Assembly: GCA_965222225.1 (NCBI GenBank)
Contig: CBDCTK010000002.1
Location: 4,384,001-4,448,000, forward strand
Origin: Candidatus Poribacteria bacterium
Lineage (GTDB): Bacteria > Poribacteria > WGA-4E > JAJDTR01
Reading direction: 5' to 3'
DNA: 64,000 nucleotides
Position numbers and translations under genes: made by a program. The notes beneath the pieces were generated by a model that saw nothing but the letters and a program-made list of their open reading frames with translations, ran no database searches and was not told the origin of the DNA. Numbering within the stretch: position 1 is the first letter of the stretch; each line of letters starts with the position of its first letter. Below are positions 8,923-18,874 of the stretch, piece by piece.

Positions 8923-9762
8923 ATGTTTCTTCGATCAGGCTCTAAAGTAACGCTTTTCGGCATCAGTTTTTTATTCGTTTGCTTGATATTTACGAGCACC
9001 GCTCATTCACAGCCGTTTCTGAGAAAAGCCGTGGCAATCTGGCTTTTTGACGAAGGCACGGGTAAGAAAGTAAACGATTTTGCCCGCAATGGCCACGATG
9101 GCGAGTTTACTGGAAAGCCCGAATGGGTACCTGGTAAATTTGGAACAGGATTGAAATTCGCAGGTGCGGATGACAACCAGTGGGTAGACATTGAGCGTCC
9201 GGTCGTCGTAGACTCCGTTGATTTTAGCATCGGATGCTGGATGCTCCCGGGTGCCCCGCAGCACTGGCACCAAAATCCGCTTTCCGGTCGGCCCGCGGAT
9301 GCGTCGGACGAAGGCATTGCTATTGCACAGTACGAAAACGCTGTCAATAGCTATCGAATGGTTATCGGAGGAGTGTTCAATTGGGAGGGGTTGGGCAATC
9401 CGAGAAACTCTGCCAGGCTTAATCAGGATGAATGGACTCATCTGGTTTTCGTGCGCGAGGGCAAAGGAGGGACATGGTACAAAAACGGCCAGCCCGATCG
9501 CCCAAAGCGCGGCAATTTTTACATTAATATTGGAAATGACAATCCCGTGAATGCTACCGAGACGAATTTCCGCATCGGAGCCGCGTCATTTGATGAATTA
9601 CGGCGTTACCGAGGTATACTTGACGAAGCGTTTGTATTTGAAAGGGCGCTGAGTCAAGAGGAAGTTCAACGAATCATGAACGAAGGATTTGAGGAAGCGC
9701 AAGACGTCGATTCCAAGGGCAAAACCGCAACGGTATGGGGGAGGATAAAGACCTCGCGTTAA
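8923..9762 (+). CDS. Secreted LamG domain protein whose start codon lies inside the inserted element
   Basis: Paralogue of 5268-6104 from KVTLF onward; the first residues (MFLRSGS) come from the MITE right end. Confidence 0.85.
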   Translation: MFLRSGSKVTLFGISFLFVCLIFTSTAHSQPFLRKAVAIWLFDEGTGKKVNDFARNGHDGEFTGKPEWVPGKFGTGLKFAGADDNQWVDIERPVVVDSVDFSIGCWMLPGAPQHWHQNPLSGRPADASDEGIAIAQYENAVNSYRMVIGGVFNWEGLGNPRNSARLNQDEWTHLVFVREGKGGTWYKNGQPDRPKRGNFYINIGNDNPVNATETNFRIGAASFDELRRYRGILDEAFVFERALSQEEVQRIMNEGFEEAQDVDSKGKTATVWGRIKTSR

Positions 9763-9835
9763 CATAGCTTTATCGTTCCGAGGTTTGCCGTTAAAACTCC
9801 GAGAAAACTGAAGTCGAACTATCAGCCTATAACAG

Positions 9836-9882
9836 AATAAAATAACCCCATCTCGACACATTTGAGATGGGGTTATTTTATT
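9836..9882. terminator. Rho-independent terminator-like hairpin after the LamG array
   Basis: AATAAAATAACCCCATCTC / GAGATGGGGTTATTTTATT inverted repeat. Confidence 0.75.
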
Positions 9883-11799
9883 TGTCCGACGATGACAAGG
9901 GGGGTGATTTGGATGCTTATCATAGCTCGGGGCAATTTCCGGAGGGGCAGGAATGCCAGCAAACGCCCCACTAGGGCGCCGCACGGGACGCAAGATATTC
10001 CTTTTAAGTTCTTTCTACTGCTTCTCCTCTTTCTGCTTCACGCTGTCGCAATTGCCCAAGCGAATGAGTTGCTTGATTTCAATGAACTCGTTCCACGATA
10101 TGAAAAGGCTGTCAGGAAGGGCCAGTCATCAATTGCCGCACACATGAATCTCGGTTTCGTCTATCTTGCGTTGGCAGCGATGGACCAAGCGATACTTGAG
10201 TTCGAGGAGGCGCTCCGTCTGGATGTCATGCCCGCGGAGCAATACTATTGGCTTGGGCGGCTTGATTACCTTCGAACGAAATCTGACGACGCCATACCTT
10301 CTTTTCAGTCAGCGATACAACTGCTGCCAACCTGGGGAGAGGCACACGCAGAATTGGGATTGTGCTACTATCAGCTTCACCGTTATGATGAGGCGGAAAC
10401 CGCTTTCGAGCAAGCTCTTTCGCTAATTGCGTCGTCACCGCCCCACCGCTACAAATTTGCTCCACCTACAATTCTCGCGAAAGATCCGGACTGGAAAAAT
10501 AAGGTAGCCCCGCTGTCTCAGGCAAATATCGCATACTACCTGAGTTTAATCGCTTTTTCACGAAGTCATTTTGCCAAAGCCGCCGAATACTGCCAACAAG
10601 CGATTGCCTTGGATCCTGAAATTGCCGAAGCGCACATGCAACTCGGGTTAGTCTACCTCCAAAAGAAGGAGTGGGATGCAGCCGAGAACTCGATCCTAGA
10701 GGCAATTCGGATTACCCCCAAGTTGGCGAGTGCGCATTATCAATTGGGGTTACTCTATTTCAAACGCGGCAAGGTGCAGGAGGCAACGGAATCGATGGAA
10801 CAATCCCAGCAGATTAACAAGGCTGAAGAGCAACTTCTCGAACAACGCGTCGGCACGATGCGTAACAAGAAAAAGGGACCTGTACTCTCTAACCTTGGCC
10901 AAATATACTTGAATGAAAAGAAATTCGATGCTGCAATCCGAGAATATAGGAAGGCTCTGTGGCATGAACCGAATCTTGCCGAAGCACACAACGGACTCGG
11001 ATTTGCCTATGCGATGCGCGGACAGTTTGAGGAAGCGATAGCCGCTCAGCAACGAGCGCTTGAATTGAAGCCGGGGATGGCGGAAGCCTATATCGGTCTT
11101 GGAATGGCCCGGCTGAAGCAGGCAGAAATCTCTCAAAGTGAGGATGACTATGAATCGGCCCTTTCAGCCTATCGCAAGGCGGCGGAGTTGAAGCCCGATC
11201 TTCCGGAAGCGCTACGGAACATCGGCAATATTGCCTCAACGTTATCACGGGATAAAGAAGCCGAAGTTGCGTATCAGAAATTGTCAGAACTCCAGCCAAA
11301 TCTTCCCAGTGCGCACATGGCTCTCGGGCAAATCTATAAACGGAAAGAAGAATTCCAAAAGGCGACTTACCATTTTTGGGAAGCACTCAAGCGAAATTCC
11401 AACCTCATCAAAGCGCATCACAATCTAGGATTCATCGCTGCCCACCACAAGAAATATGATGAAGCCATCGAACATTTCGAAGCGGCGCTCAAGATCCGAT
11501 CCGAAAGAGCGGATACGCATTACTTTCTTGCGGAAGTCTATTTTGAACAGGAGGAGTTTGAAAAAGCGGACCGGATGTACAGGCGCGCGCTTGAACTTCA
11601 ACCTTCCTTTGCCAAAGCATCAGAGCGACTCGCACATCTTTACAATACACTCTCGCGTACGGCGTATCTCAAGAAAGATTATGTCAGCGCTGAACGTGCC
11701 ATGAAACAGGCTTTGGCATTGCAACCCGAGAAGCCACTGTATCGGGAAGTTCTAAAGGCCATTCAGAAAGCCATCAGTGACGAGGAAGAAGTGAAATAA
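9862..11799 (+). CDS. Tetratricopeptide repeat protein, probably exported or membrane-anchored
   Basis: Many TPR units (AHMNLG, AHAELG, AHNGLG, AHHNLG) after a hydrophobic segment. True start is probably downstream (about 9913) because 9862 lies within the hairpin. Confidence 0.85.
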   Translation: MRWGYFICPTMTRGVIWMLIIARGNFRRGRNASKRPTRAPHGTQDIPFKFFLLLLLFLLHAVAIAQANELLDFNELVPRYEKAVRKGQSSIAAHMNLGFVYLALAAMDQAILEFEEALRLDVMPAEQYYWLGRLDYLRTKSDDAIPSFQSAIQLLPTWGEAHAELGLCYYQLHRYDEAETAFEQALSLIASSPPHRYKFAPPTILAKDPDWKNKVAPLSQANIAYYLSLIAFSRSHFAKAAEYCQQAIALDPEIAEAHMQLGLVYLQKKEWDAAENSILEAIRITPKLASAHYQLGLLYFKRGKVQEATESMEQSQQINKAEEQLLEQRVGTMRNKKKGPVLSNLGQIYLNEKKFDAAIREYRKALWHEPNLAEAHNGLGFAYAMRGQFEEAIAAQQRALELKPGMAEAYIGLGMARLKQAEISQSEDDYESALSAYRKAAELKPDLPEALRNIGNIASTLSRDKEAEVAYQKLSELQPNLPSAHMALGQIYKRKEEFQKATYHFWEALKRNSNLIKAHHNLGFIAAHHKKYDEAIEHFEAALKIRSERADTHYFLAEVYFEQEEFEKADRMYRRALELQPSFAKASERLAHLYNTLSRTAYLKKDYVSAERAMKQALALQPEKPLYREVLKAIQKAISDEEEVK

Positions 11800-11929
11800 A
11801 CAGTTTTAGGTGGTCGAAATTCAACTGCTTGATGCGAATAAGGGATAAAAGGCCAAATGGACTTCCCTGAATATCTGACGAGGATGAATTAGCTTTAGCC
11901 GCGCGATAATGCAAAAGACAGTCGTCACA

Positions 11930-12193
11930 AGACGTGCAGTATTGTAGGGGCTTGTACTGATTCCCAGCAACTCCTACTGGATTGTGCAAATGGAATCCGT
12001 GTGTTACTCCGCGCATTCGACCCATTATTCACTGTTTTACAGCACAATTTGCAATCTCCTCGTTTTGACGGCGGCAAATGTTCCGCTGAAGAAGCTCTCT
12101 TCCAAGTTCGCATTCGGTCAAGCCGAGTTGCTCACCATCTATATTATGCTGAACCTGTCGGCGGCTTTAGTGGTCTATTCGCTAAAAGAATAA
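11930..12193 (+). pseudogene. Truncated remnant of a polytopic membrane protein (DUF6785/OPT-like N-terminus)
   Basis: Frame reads GLVLIPSNSYWIVQMES...LLVLTAANVPLKKLSSKFAFGQAELLTIYIML and then stops; no proper start. Confidence 0.55.
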
Positions 12194-12229
12194 TGTATAA
12201 GGTAGGGGTATTTTGGTAATTGTCTGAAT

Positions 12230-12405
12230 GGAATCTCTATCAGGATTTTCTATGGGAACTCTAGCGCGTGGGAACTACTATCGCACTCCCTATTCGGCCG
12301 TTCGATCCTATCCGGTCAGTTGCTCCTTCGTTAACCACTCAGTCGATCGCACCTTTGTCAGTCGCTTGATTTATTCGCTCAGTCGATCTTATTCGGTCAC
12401 TTGAT
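12230..12405 (+). repeat. Multiply nested cluster of 36-bp units
   Basis: Four left halves in a row (GGAATCTCTAT, GGATTTTCTAT, GGGAACTCTAG, GGGAACTACTATCGC) followed by about six right halves, nearly all ending in YGAT. Confidence 0.75.
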
Positions 12406-12631
12406 TCCACCCTACAAGTATTATTGTCGGCAATCGGAATTCCCTCCTACAAGCGACACCCGTGGGAGCCATCTCCCGCAGAGGACGCGCAGTGAGTGGC
12501 GCTATTGCAAACCGAACTGCGTAACTCCTTTAGGGGAGAATCAATTTTTTCCTTCCATTATCGCGCGGAATGCGATAGAATCTATTTCTAAATTATATCC
12601 GAGAATCAGAGTCTGCACAAAGAGTCCTACA

Positions 12632-12913
12632 GTGCTTCAATTGAGACAAAAAATCCTTGTACTTTATCTAAATACCCCGGACTTGAAGAGTCGCGTCGTT
12701 GCATGGTCAATCTTTGATGGAACAGGCAAAGAACGACATATGACAGGCGACAGCGATGAACCGCCTTACGGTTCCGTTCTTGATGCCATGAAAGACGGCT
12801 GGAGAGTGATTCAATTTCCCCAACAATTTCCGGCTTATCCGGGTATGGAATACCAAACGGCTTATCTCAGATTTGAGTACATTCTCGAAAAATTGGAGGA
12901 GATTGATGGCTGA
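12632..12913 (+). CDS. Small hypothetical protein coupled to the PhyH gene
   Basis: GTG start inside ORF 12401-12913; 'PPYGSVLDAMKDGWRVIQFP' core; stop overlaps the next start. The upstream part of the track ORF runs through repeats. Confidence 0.7.
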   Translation: MLQLRQKILVLYLNTPDLKSRVVAWSIFDGTGKERHMTGDSDEPPYGSVLDAMKDGWRVIQFPQQFPAYPGMEYQTAYLRFEYILEKLEEIDG

Positions 12914-13724
12914 CGAAAAGAACTTGCTCAATTCCAAGCAGATGGCGAATTTCGTGGCAGACGGGTACCTTCGTTTCGATGAGCTGGTGCCAACAGAGTT
13001 GAACGAAGCCGCCCACGCCGAGATGGAGTCTGGCAGCATCACCACGAAGGGGGCCGGAACTGTTCTGGATGAGACATGGTCCGAAAATTCCGCTGTCGGC
13101 GATGTCTTTCGTCTACCTGAAATTCGCGGCATAATAAATAGCCTGGTTGGCCCAAAACCACTTTACGATCACCATGCTGTTCATATCGTACAGCCTAATC
13201 ACAAGATAGGTCAGATATGGCATGCCGATGCCATAATTGACCTTCGACTGCACTTTGACGTTCAGTTCTTCTACTTTTGTCACAATACACCACGCGAGAT
13301 GGGAGGCACTATGATACTTCCCGGCAGTCATTACCGTCGTGTGTGCGAAACCGATGTGGCACGATATCAGAATTTCTTGGGGCAGTTGCCAGTCGTCTGC
13401 AAAGCCGGGACACTTGTTGTTGTTCACCACGGCATTTGGCACTGCGCCCAGCCGAATCTAACCAATCAAACGCGGTACATGTTCAAACTCAGGCTCAATC
13501 CAACGTCAAGGCAGCTTTGCTTGTGGGACACTGCCGATATTGATGACCCGTCAATATCCGGTATTCTCAGTCGCAATCACGAATGGTACGGCAATGAGGT
13601 GCGGCTGGAGATTGTCAATCGAATCAAGTTCTGGCGATTTTTGACTGGAGATGACAAGTTCGATGTCAGTTATTGGCTTTCCCGTCTTGAGAATCTCCCA
13701 GAGAATGTACTTGAAGCGGCTTGA
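12906..13724 (+). CDS. Phytanoyl-CoA dioxygenase (PhyH) family Fe(II)/2-oxoglutarate oxygenase
   Basis: F..DGYL, WHAD (HxD), GGTMILPGSH, GTLVVVHHGIWH, distal R. Confidence 0.88.
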   Translation: MADEKNLLNSKQMANFVADGYLRFDELVPTELNEAAHAEMESGSITTKGAGTVLDETWSENSAVGDVFRLPEIRGIINSLVGPKPLYDHHAVHIVQPNHKIGQIWHADAIIDLRLHFDVQFFYFCHNTPREMGGTMILPGSHYRRVCETDVARYQNFLGQLPVVCKAGTLVVVHHGIWHCAQPNLTNQTRYMFKLRLNPTSRQLCLWDTADIDDPSISGILSRNHEWYGNEVRLEIVNRIKFWRFLTGDDKFDVSYWLSRLENLPENVLEAA

Positions 13725-13834
13725 AGTAGGGACGTAGGTTTGATAGTCGATCAATTTGATTGGGTTTACCAGTACGTCGTTCAAATCCACCCAGTTCGGC
13801 GATTTCGCCGTAGGGAATGACGAGGGATGTCTAC

Positions 13835-13872
13835 GGGAACTCTATCACGCTCCGTTTTCAGTCGATTTCGAT
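13835..13872 (+). repeat. Degenerate 36-bp unit overlapping the stop codon of the oxidoreductase gene
   Basis: GGGAACTCTATCACGCTCCGTTTTCAGTCGATTTCGAT. Confidence 0.5.
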
Positions 13873-14892
13873 TCGATCCCCCTCTGACAAGAGCCCAGCC
13901 TCATACACTTTCATGACCTCAAGCGCGAATTCCAAGGAGCCCTTTTCAGCAGGTGTCGAAGCGAGAACACAGTCGCAAAAATACCGCATCTCGTTATAGA
14001 AACCTTGCTTGAACAGCGCTTTATTTTCTAGGGTGGCAACACAATTTTGCGCCTCCCAGACGATGGCGCCGCTGTCGAAACCCTCCGGCGCGTAGGTTGT
14101 CGTCCGTCCAAGGTCTGGGATGATGCCCCGTTGAAGGGTCACGCTCAAATTGCTATCAATGACAACATGGCAGCTATTTCCGAAGAAACTGTAGTTTTCT
14201 AGGGGCTGTGAGTCAGCCAGGTGGAAGTTACCGATGGCGCCGCCGGAAAACTCCAGTACGCACACACCTCCGGAGGAGTTTCCACGGTGAACGGTCACCG
14301 CGGACACTTTGCCACCAACAGCGAGAAGCAGGGAAAGAGGATGGCAACCATTTTGCAACCAGTTGGTGTGTTGAAACTCTCGGAGAATTTGTACCCCATT
14401 TTCGGGTAGGGTCATGGGATAAACTGCCAAAAGGCTTAATAGCGGCGCATAGGCTTTGGTCGAGAAGACCTCAATGACCTTTTCAGTAGATGGCATGAAG
14501 GCTTTTTTGAATCCAACAACAGCGATGTTGTCTTTGCGGCAGCGAATTATCTCCTCGACCTCTGAAACGCTCAAGCCGGGAGGTTTTTCAAGCCAGACAT
14601 CCAGACCTGCGTCAAACGCGTCGCACGTCAAATTCAAGAATGTTTGAGGCGGTGTGCACAGAAAGACGGCATCCAAATTCTCATTGGCGTACATTTTCCT
14701 AGCATCGGCGTAATATCCCGATGCGCCGTATTGTGAAGCGGTCAATTTTGCCCGCCGCAAATCGATATCGCACACCGCTACAAGTGACACGGGCAGGAAG
14801 GTCATCGTCGGTAGGATATTGCGGTAGGCGTGCGAACCTACTCCGACGAGACCGACGTTTAGTTTCTTTTCGAATTCTCGTTGCTCATTCAT
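13858..14892 (-). CDS. Gfo/Idh/MocA family oxidoreductase
   Basis: VGLVGVGSHA Rossmann motif, VAVCD, LDAVFLCTP, WLEKP. Confidence 0.9.
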   Translation of the reverse strand: MNEQREFEKKLNVGLVGVGSHAYRNILPTMTFLPVSLVAVCDIDLRRAKLTASQYGASGYYADARKMYANENLDAVFLCTPPQTFLNLTCDAFDAGLDVWLEKPPGLSVSEVEEIIRCRKDNIAVVGFKKAFMPSTEKVIEVFSTKAYAPLLSLLAVYPMTLPENGVQILREFQHTNWLQNGCHPLSLLLAVGGKVSAVTVHRGNSSGGVCVLEFSGGAIGNFHLADSQPLENYSFFGNSCHVVIDSNLSVTLQRGIIPDLGRTTTYAPEGFDSGAIVWEAQNCVATLENKALFKQGFYNEMRYFCDCVLASTPAEKGSLEFALEVMKVYEAGLLSEGDRIEID

Positions 14893-15528
14893 TTTTCAAA
14901 CTCCGAGGTCTTAGTCCAAATGAAGTTGGCGTGATTTATTCGTCGGGATGCGCATTGTACCGCTGGAGCCCCCGATAGGCATATTGACTGAGCTAGTAGG
15001 AAAAGCAGAGATATTATAGTATCACGAAACCGACCAGAATGTTCAATCCAAATATGTGGATTACTTAAGCGAGGTCTGAAACTCAAATCAACCGTTAGAT
15101 AAGCAAGATAATAGAGATCGGAATGAACGAATCCCATATCATCTCTCCAACTTATAGTCATTTAGTCATTGCAATTAAGAATTGTACACGTGAGATCAAC
15201 TTGGTTCGGTTCGTAGTAGCGCAATTTATTACGCGACTTCTGTCGGAGCGAGCTTTGCGTGCTACAGGAGGTCGCGATCGGGAGATCGCTCCTACAAAAA
15301 TCTTTCGTAATAACTTTCAATCATCACATCGACAGCAAGTGTGTGTAAATATGAATCTAAATGACTATAGTGGTTTATTTTCTAAGAATATTTGGTAAGT
15401 GTTTGGGGTCGGTAGTTAACATTGTCTGAACTGTGATTCATAAGATTTTGGGATTACCTTGATTGTCAGTGTTTAGTTGCCAGTGATGAGCCGACTAAAC
15501 CGTACTTTGAAGCCACTAGGATTTAGGG

Positions 15529-15561
15529 AAGAAACCGAGGTTTCAAGAAAAAACTCGATAT
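15529..15561. repeat. AAGAAACC..GTTT palindromic repeat family
   Basis: Similar imperfect palindromes near 30117, 50431-50463 and 53791-53824. Confidence 0.6.
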
Positions 15562-15636
15562 CAATAAGTTTCCATAAATAACAAATATTTAGCGAATGAA
15601 CTACTTAGGGAAGGAACACAAGGAGACGGAGGTCAC

Positions 15637-16026
15637 ATGAAGACAGTAACGCTCACAGACGTTAACGAAGGCGAGTCGCTTCAATTTCCTTGGGGCGCGA
15701 TCAAATGGCTCTGCAACGATGAAATTGATTCGCAGGCTGAAATGACCTTCGGATTGGTTTTTCTGAACGTGGGTGAAACGAACCCCTTGCATTTTCACCC
15801 GAATTGTGAAGAACTCTTATATCTCCTATCAGGGGAGTGCAATCACCGACTTGGCGAAGATACTTTTCCGATGAAGGCGGGAACGATGATACGCATACCG
15901 CGCGGCGTGAAACACAACGCGGTGAATACCGGGTGGCAACCGGTAACCATGATCGTGTGCTATTCCGCCGCAGATCGGCAAACCGTTTTTTGCGATGAAG
16001 ACGAAATCACGCAAGATAATGGATGA
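15637..16026 (+). CDS. Cupin domain protein
   Basis: PLHFHPNCEELLYLLSG and GTMIRIPRGVKH cupin motifs; GGAGG RBS. Confidence 0.9.
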   Translation: MKTVTLTDVNEGESLQFPWGAIKWLCNDEIDSQAEMTFGLVFLNVGETNPLHFHPNCEELLYLLSGECNHRLGEDTFPMKAGTMIRIPRGVKHNAVNTGWQPVTMIVCYSAADRQTVFCDEDEITQDNG

Positions 16027-16244
16027 TAGAGAGATAACCGGATTCTGTTGATTTTTCTCCTGTTTCGCGAAAAAGGTCTCAGTCGCCGAGATATTCTACA
16101 TGACGTACTGCTCTGGCAGGTCGACAACCTCGTCGGCCAAGGCTTCGAAATCCAAGCCGATCGAGACGCAACTATGATTGCCTCACATCTGCTTGACCAT
16201 TTCAGCGTTTTGGGAAAGGCATTGATGGTCGCTCAATCCATGGT

Positions 16245-18698
16245 TTGAATGAGATTGAGAATAAAAAGGGTGTTACAATGCGAATCTTTCGAGCTATTCT
16301 AGCAGTTTTCTTGATTGTGTTAATTGTCCTTTTAGGAGCGATGTTTTTTGGGATTGGCTTCGTTGGCGGGGTAGTGCTTAAATCTTGGGAAGTCGTCAAG
16401 AACGTCAATCTACAGCAACTTGAATACCGCAAAGATGTTGACACATGGCAGCAGCATCTTGAAATATACTCTTCAATCTGCACTGTACAACGGGAAGATT
16501 CGATCGATTTTCTGCTAAGGAAACTGCAGCGCTTGAGCTATGAAGAAACACAGCAGGGCTATATTAAACCCAGCCTTCCAGGGCAATATACCAAGACTTT
16601 CGGTTCATCGCAGTATTCCGGTATCATGTGGATATATCTCTTGGGTTTCCATTACCCTTATGCGGATCGGAAGCCGTATAGGGTAGAAATCGCGGTACGA
16701 GATCGAAAGGTTGAATCTATCCGCAACGATTTGGGCGAATATCTGCCCAGCTTTGATTTACAGCCGGAATTAATTAGTGAGCTTTACGGCGAGGATGATG
16801 AAGCACGCGAACTTATTTCGCTATCGGCGATGCCGGACACACTATTGAAGGCGTTCCTTGCCGTGGAGGATAAGCGGTTTCACCAACATTGGGGTGTTGA
16901 CATAATAGCTATTGGCCGCGCAGTACTCCGAAACATACAGGATGGGACGCTACAAGGCGCTAGCACAATTACACAGCAACTTACTCGGAATATTTATCTC
17001 TCGCGAGAGAAGCGGATTCTACGAAAAATCAAAGAGGCGCTTCTTGCCCTGCGAATTGAGAAGGCTTTTTCCAAAGACGAGATATTTGAACGGTACCTTA
17101 ATCTGATTAACTTCGGACGCTACGGCTCCCGCGAAGTGTTCGGTGTGCAAGAAGCCGCGAACAGTTACTTCGGAAAACCCGTTTGGGAGCTTGAAGTTCA
17201 AGAATGCGCGACGCTTGCCGGCATTCCCAAATCCCCAACGCTTTACTCACCCATCCGCAACCCCAAGGAGTCAATGAACCGCCGCAATCTTGTTCTCGGA
17301 CTGATGCGGAACGCGAATTGCATTTCGCAAGATACCTATGAAGTAGGCTTGGCTACACCCCTCGCCATTGATGCGCCCGAGGACAAGCAAGGGCGGGAAG
17401 CCCTGCATTTTATCGAATACGTGCATCAACAACTGGAGGACATGGAGCACCTTAAAGATCAGTTGTACAACCAGGGGTTGAAGGTCTATACGACACTTGA
17501 TATGTCCATGCAGGAGGTCGCTGAACAAGCGGTGGCTGATCATTTGCGTCAGCTGGATAAGGGTTTTTCAAATCTGCCCGACTACGATGGCAACAAACTT
17601 GATCCCAACGGAATCGATCCGAAAGAAAATTATTTGCAAGCGGCGCTGGTTGCCATTGAACCCCAAACAGGATATATTCGATCGATGGTAGGAGGACGTG
17701 ACTACTACATCACTCGTCGAAAGATAAACTTTTATAATCGCGCGGTAAATTCCCTCCGTCAGCCCGGATCCGCATTTAAACCGATTGTACTTGCAGCTTT
17801 CTTCAACCTCCCGGTCCCCTTGGCAACCCCTGCAACCATTGTCCGAGATGAGGCGTGGTCTTCCATTAGCGAATCATGGAGGAAATGGACTCCACGAAAT
17901 TACACGGATACGTACCACGGGGATGTCACATTACGCACAGTTCTCGAAAAGTCAATTAATGTTGCAACCGCAAAGTTGATGAATGATCCCGAAACCGTTA
18001 AACTCGGTGACGAGAAGGATGGGATTAAGCGGACAATTGCTTTCGCCAAACGCTTGGGCATTGAAAGCAAACTGCCGGAATATCCGTCGCTCTCCCTCGG
18101 CGCAGGGGATGTAACGCTGTTGGAACTCACCTCAGCCTACTCGATTTTTGCCAACGGTGGAATGCGAGCGCAGCCACGCAGCATTCAATATATCGAAAAC
18201 CGTAACGGCGAACTTCTATTTGAGAATGAAATGAAACCCAAAAGGGTTGTTGCGGAGAGCCTAGCCTTTGTAATTACCAATTTAATGAAGGGTGTCATCG
18301 AGAATGGTACCGGCAATAGAGCAATTCGAAGTGGTTTAAAGCGTCCGGCGGCTGGCAAAACCGGAACGACTGATGATTACAAAGATGCTTGGTTTGTCGG
18401 TTATACGCCACGGCTTGCTGCCGGCGTTTGGGTAGGGTTTGACGAATCCAAAAAGAAGAACAAAAGAAGTCAGGGGGAAGGCGCCAAAGCCGCTTTACCA
18501 ATCTGGGCAAGATATATGATTGAAGGGGCAAGGGGGCCCATTGAGGATTTCCGTGAACCTGCCGGGGTTGTATTCCATGAAATTGATAAAGAAACAGGCT
18601 TACTCAAGTACCCCGGCAAGTGCGATCCCAAGAATATCATCCGTGAGGCGTTCCTTGAAGGCTATGCACCGGCTATGCTTTGTACAGCGCACGACTGA
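16245..18698 (+). CDS. Class A penicillin-binding protein (transglycosylase/transpeptidase, PBP1B-like)
   Basis: N-terminal TM, EDKRF, GASTITQQL, RKIKE, QPGSAFKP (SxxK), SIN, KTGT. Confidence 0.93.
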   Translation: MNEIENKKGVTMRIFRAILAVFLIVLIVLLGAMFFGIGFVGGVVLKSWEVVKNVNLQQLEYRKDVDTWQQHLEIYSSICTVQREDSIDFLLRKLQRLSYEETQQGYIKPSLPGQYTKTFGSSQYSGIMWIYLLGFHYPYADRKPYRVEIAVRDRKVESIRNDLGEYLPSFDLQPELISELYGEDDEARELISLSAMPDTLLKAFLAVEDKRFHQHWGVDIIAIGRAVLRNIQDGTLQGASTITQQLTRNIYLSREKRILRKIKEALLALRIEKAFSKDEIFERYLNLINFGRYGSREVFGVQEAANSYFGKPVWELEVQECATLAGIPKSPTLYSPIRNPKESMNRRNLVLGLMRNANCISQDTYEVGLATPLAIDAPEDKQGREALHFIEYVHQQLEDMEHLKDQLYNQGLKVYTTLDMSMQEVAEQAVADHLRQLDKGFSNLPDYDGNKLDPNGIDPKENYLQAALVAIEPQTGYIRSMVGGRDYYITRRKINFYNRAVNSLRQPGSAFKPIVLAAFFNLPVPLATPATIVRDEAWSSISESWRKWTPRNYTDTYHGDVTLRTVLEKSINVATAKLMNDPETVKLGDEKDGIKRTIAFAKRLGIESKLPEYPSLSLGAGDVTLLELTSAYSIFANGGMRAQPRSIQYIENRNGELLFENEMKPKRVVAESLAFVITNLMKGVIENGTGNRAIRSGLKRPAAGKTGTTDDYKDAWFVGYTPRLAAGVWVGFDESKKKNKRSQGEGAKAALPIWARYMIEGARGPIEDFREPAGVVFHEIDKETGLLKYPGKCDPKNIIREAFLEGYAPAMLCTAHD

Positions 18699-18874
18699 TG
18701 CGTGTGGACAACGCTTTCAGTTTGGGGCGATTTCTTGCGTTCAAGAAAGGCGCAGGAGATTTTAACCATTCGGTCTTTTTGGTAGACCATTGGAAAAGAC
18801 GCTAGCGGTTTTCGGTATCATGCAGATGACGTGTTGGGTTTCACTTGAATTTTGGTGTGGAACGACGGGGCAAG

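Larger units (their letters stand above)
7418..8942. mobile_element. Composite insertion (MITE carrying an IS1595 and nested 36-bp units) in the first codons of a LamG gene
   Basis: Left end GCGCCCGCTTAAATAATCGGT resembles the 2227 MITE end; right end is CAGGCTC; flanked by TAA/TAA. Removing it rejoins ...TTGCTAA|AGTAACGCTTTTC as in the paralogue at 5268. Confidence 0.7.

Noticed and set aside
16048-16248. Small ORF or minus-strand gene relic between the cupin and PBP genes
   Set aside because: Frames are interrupted and no family is recognisable.
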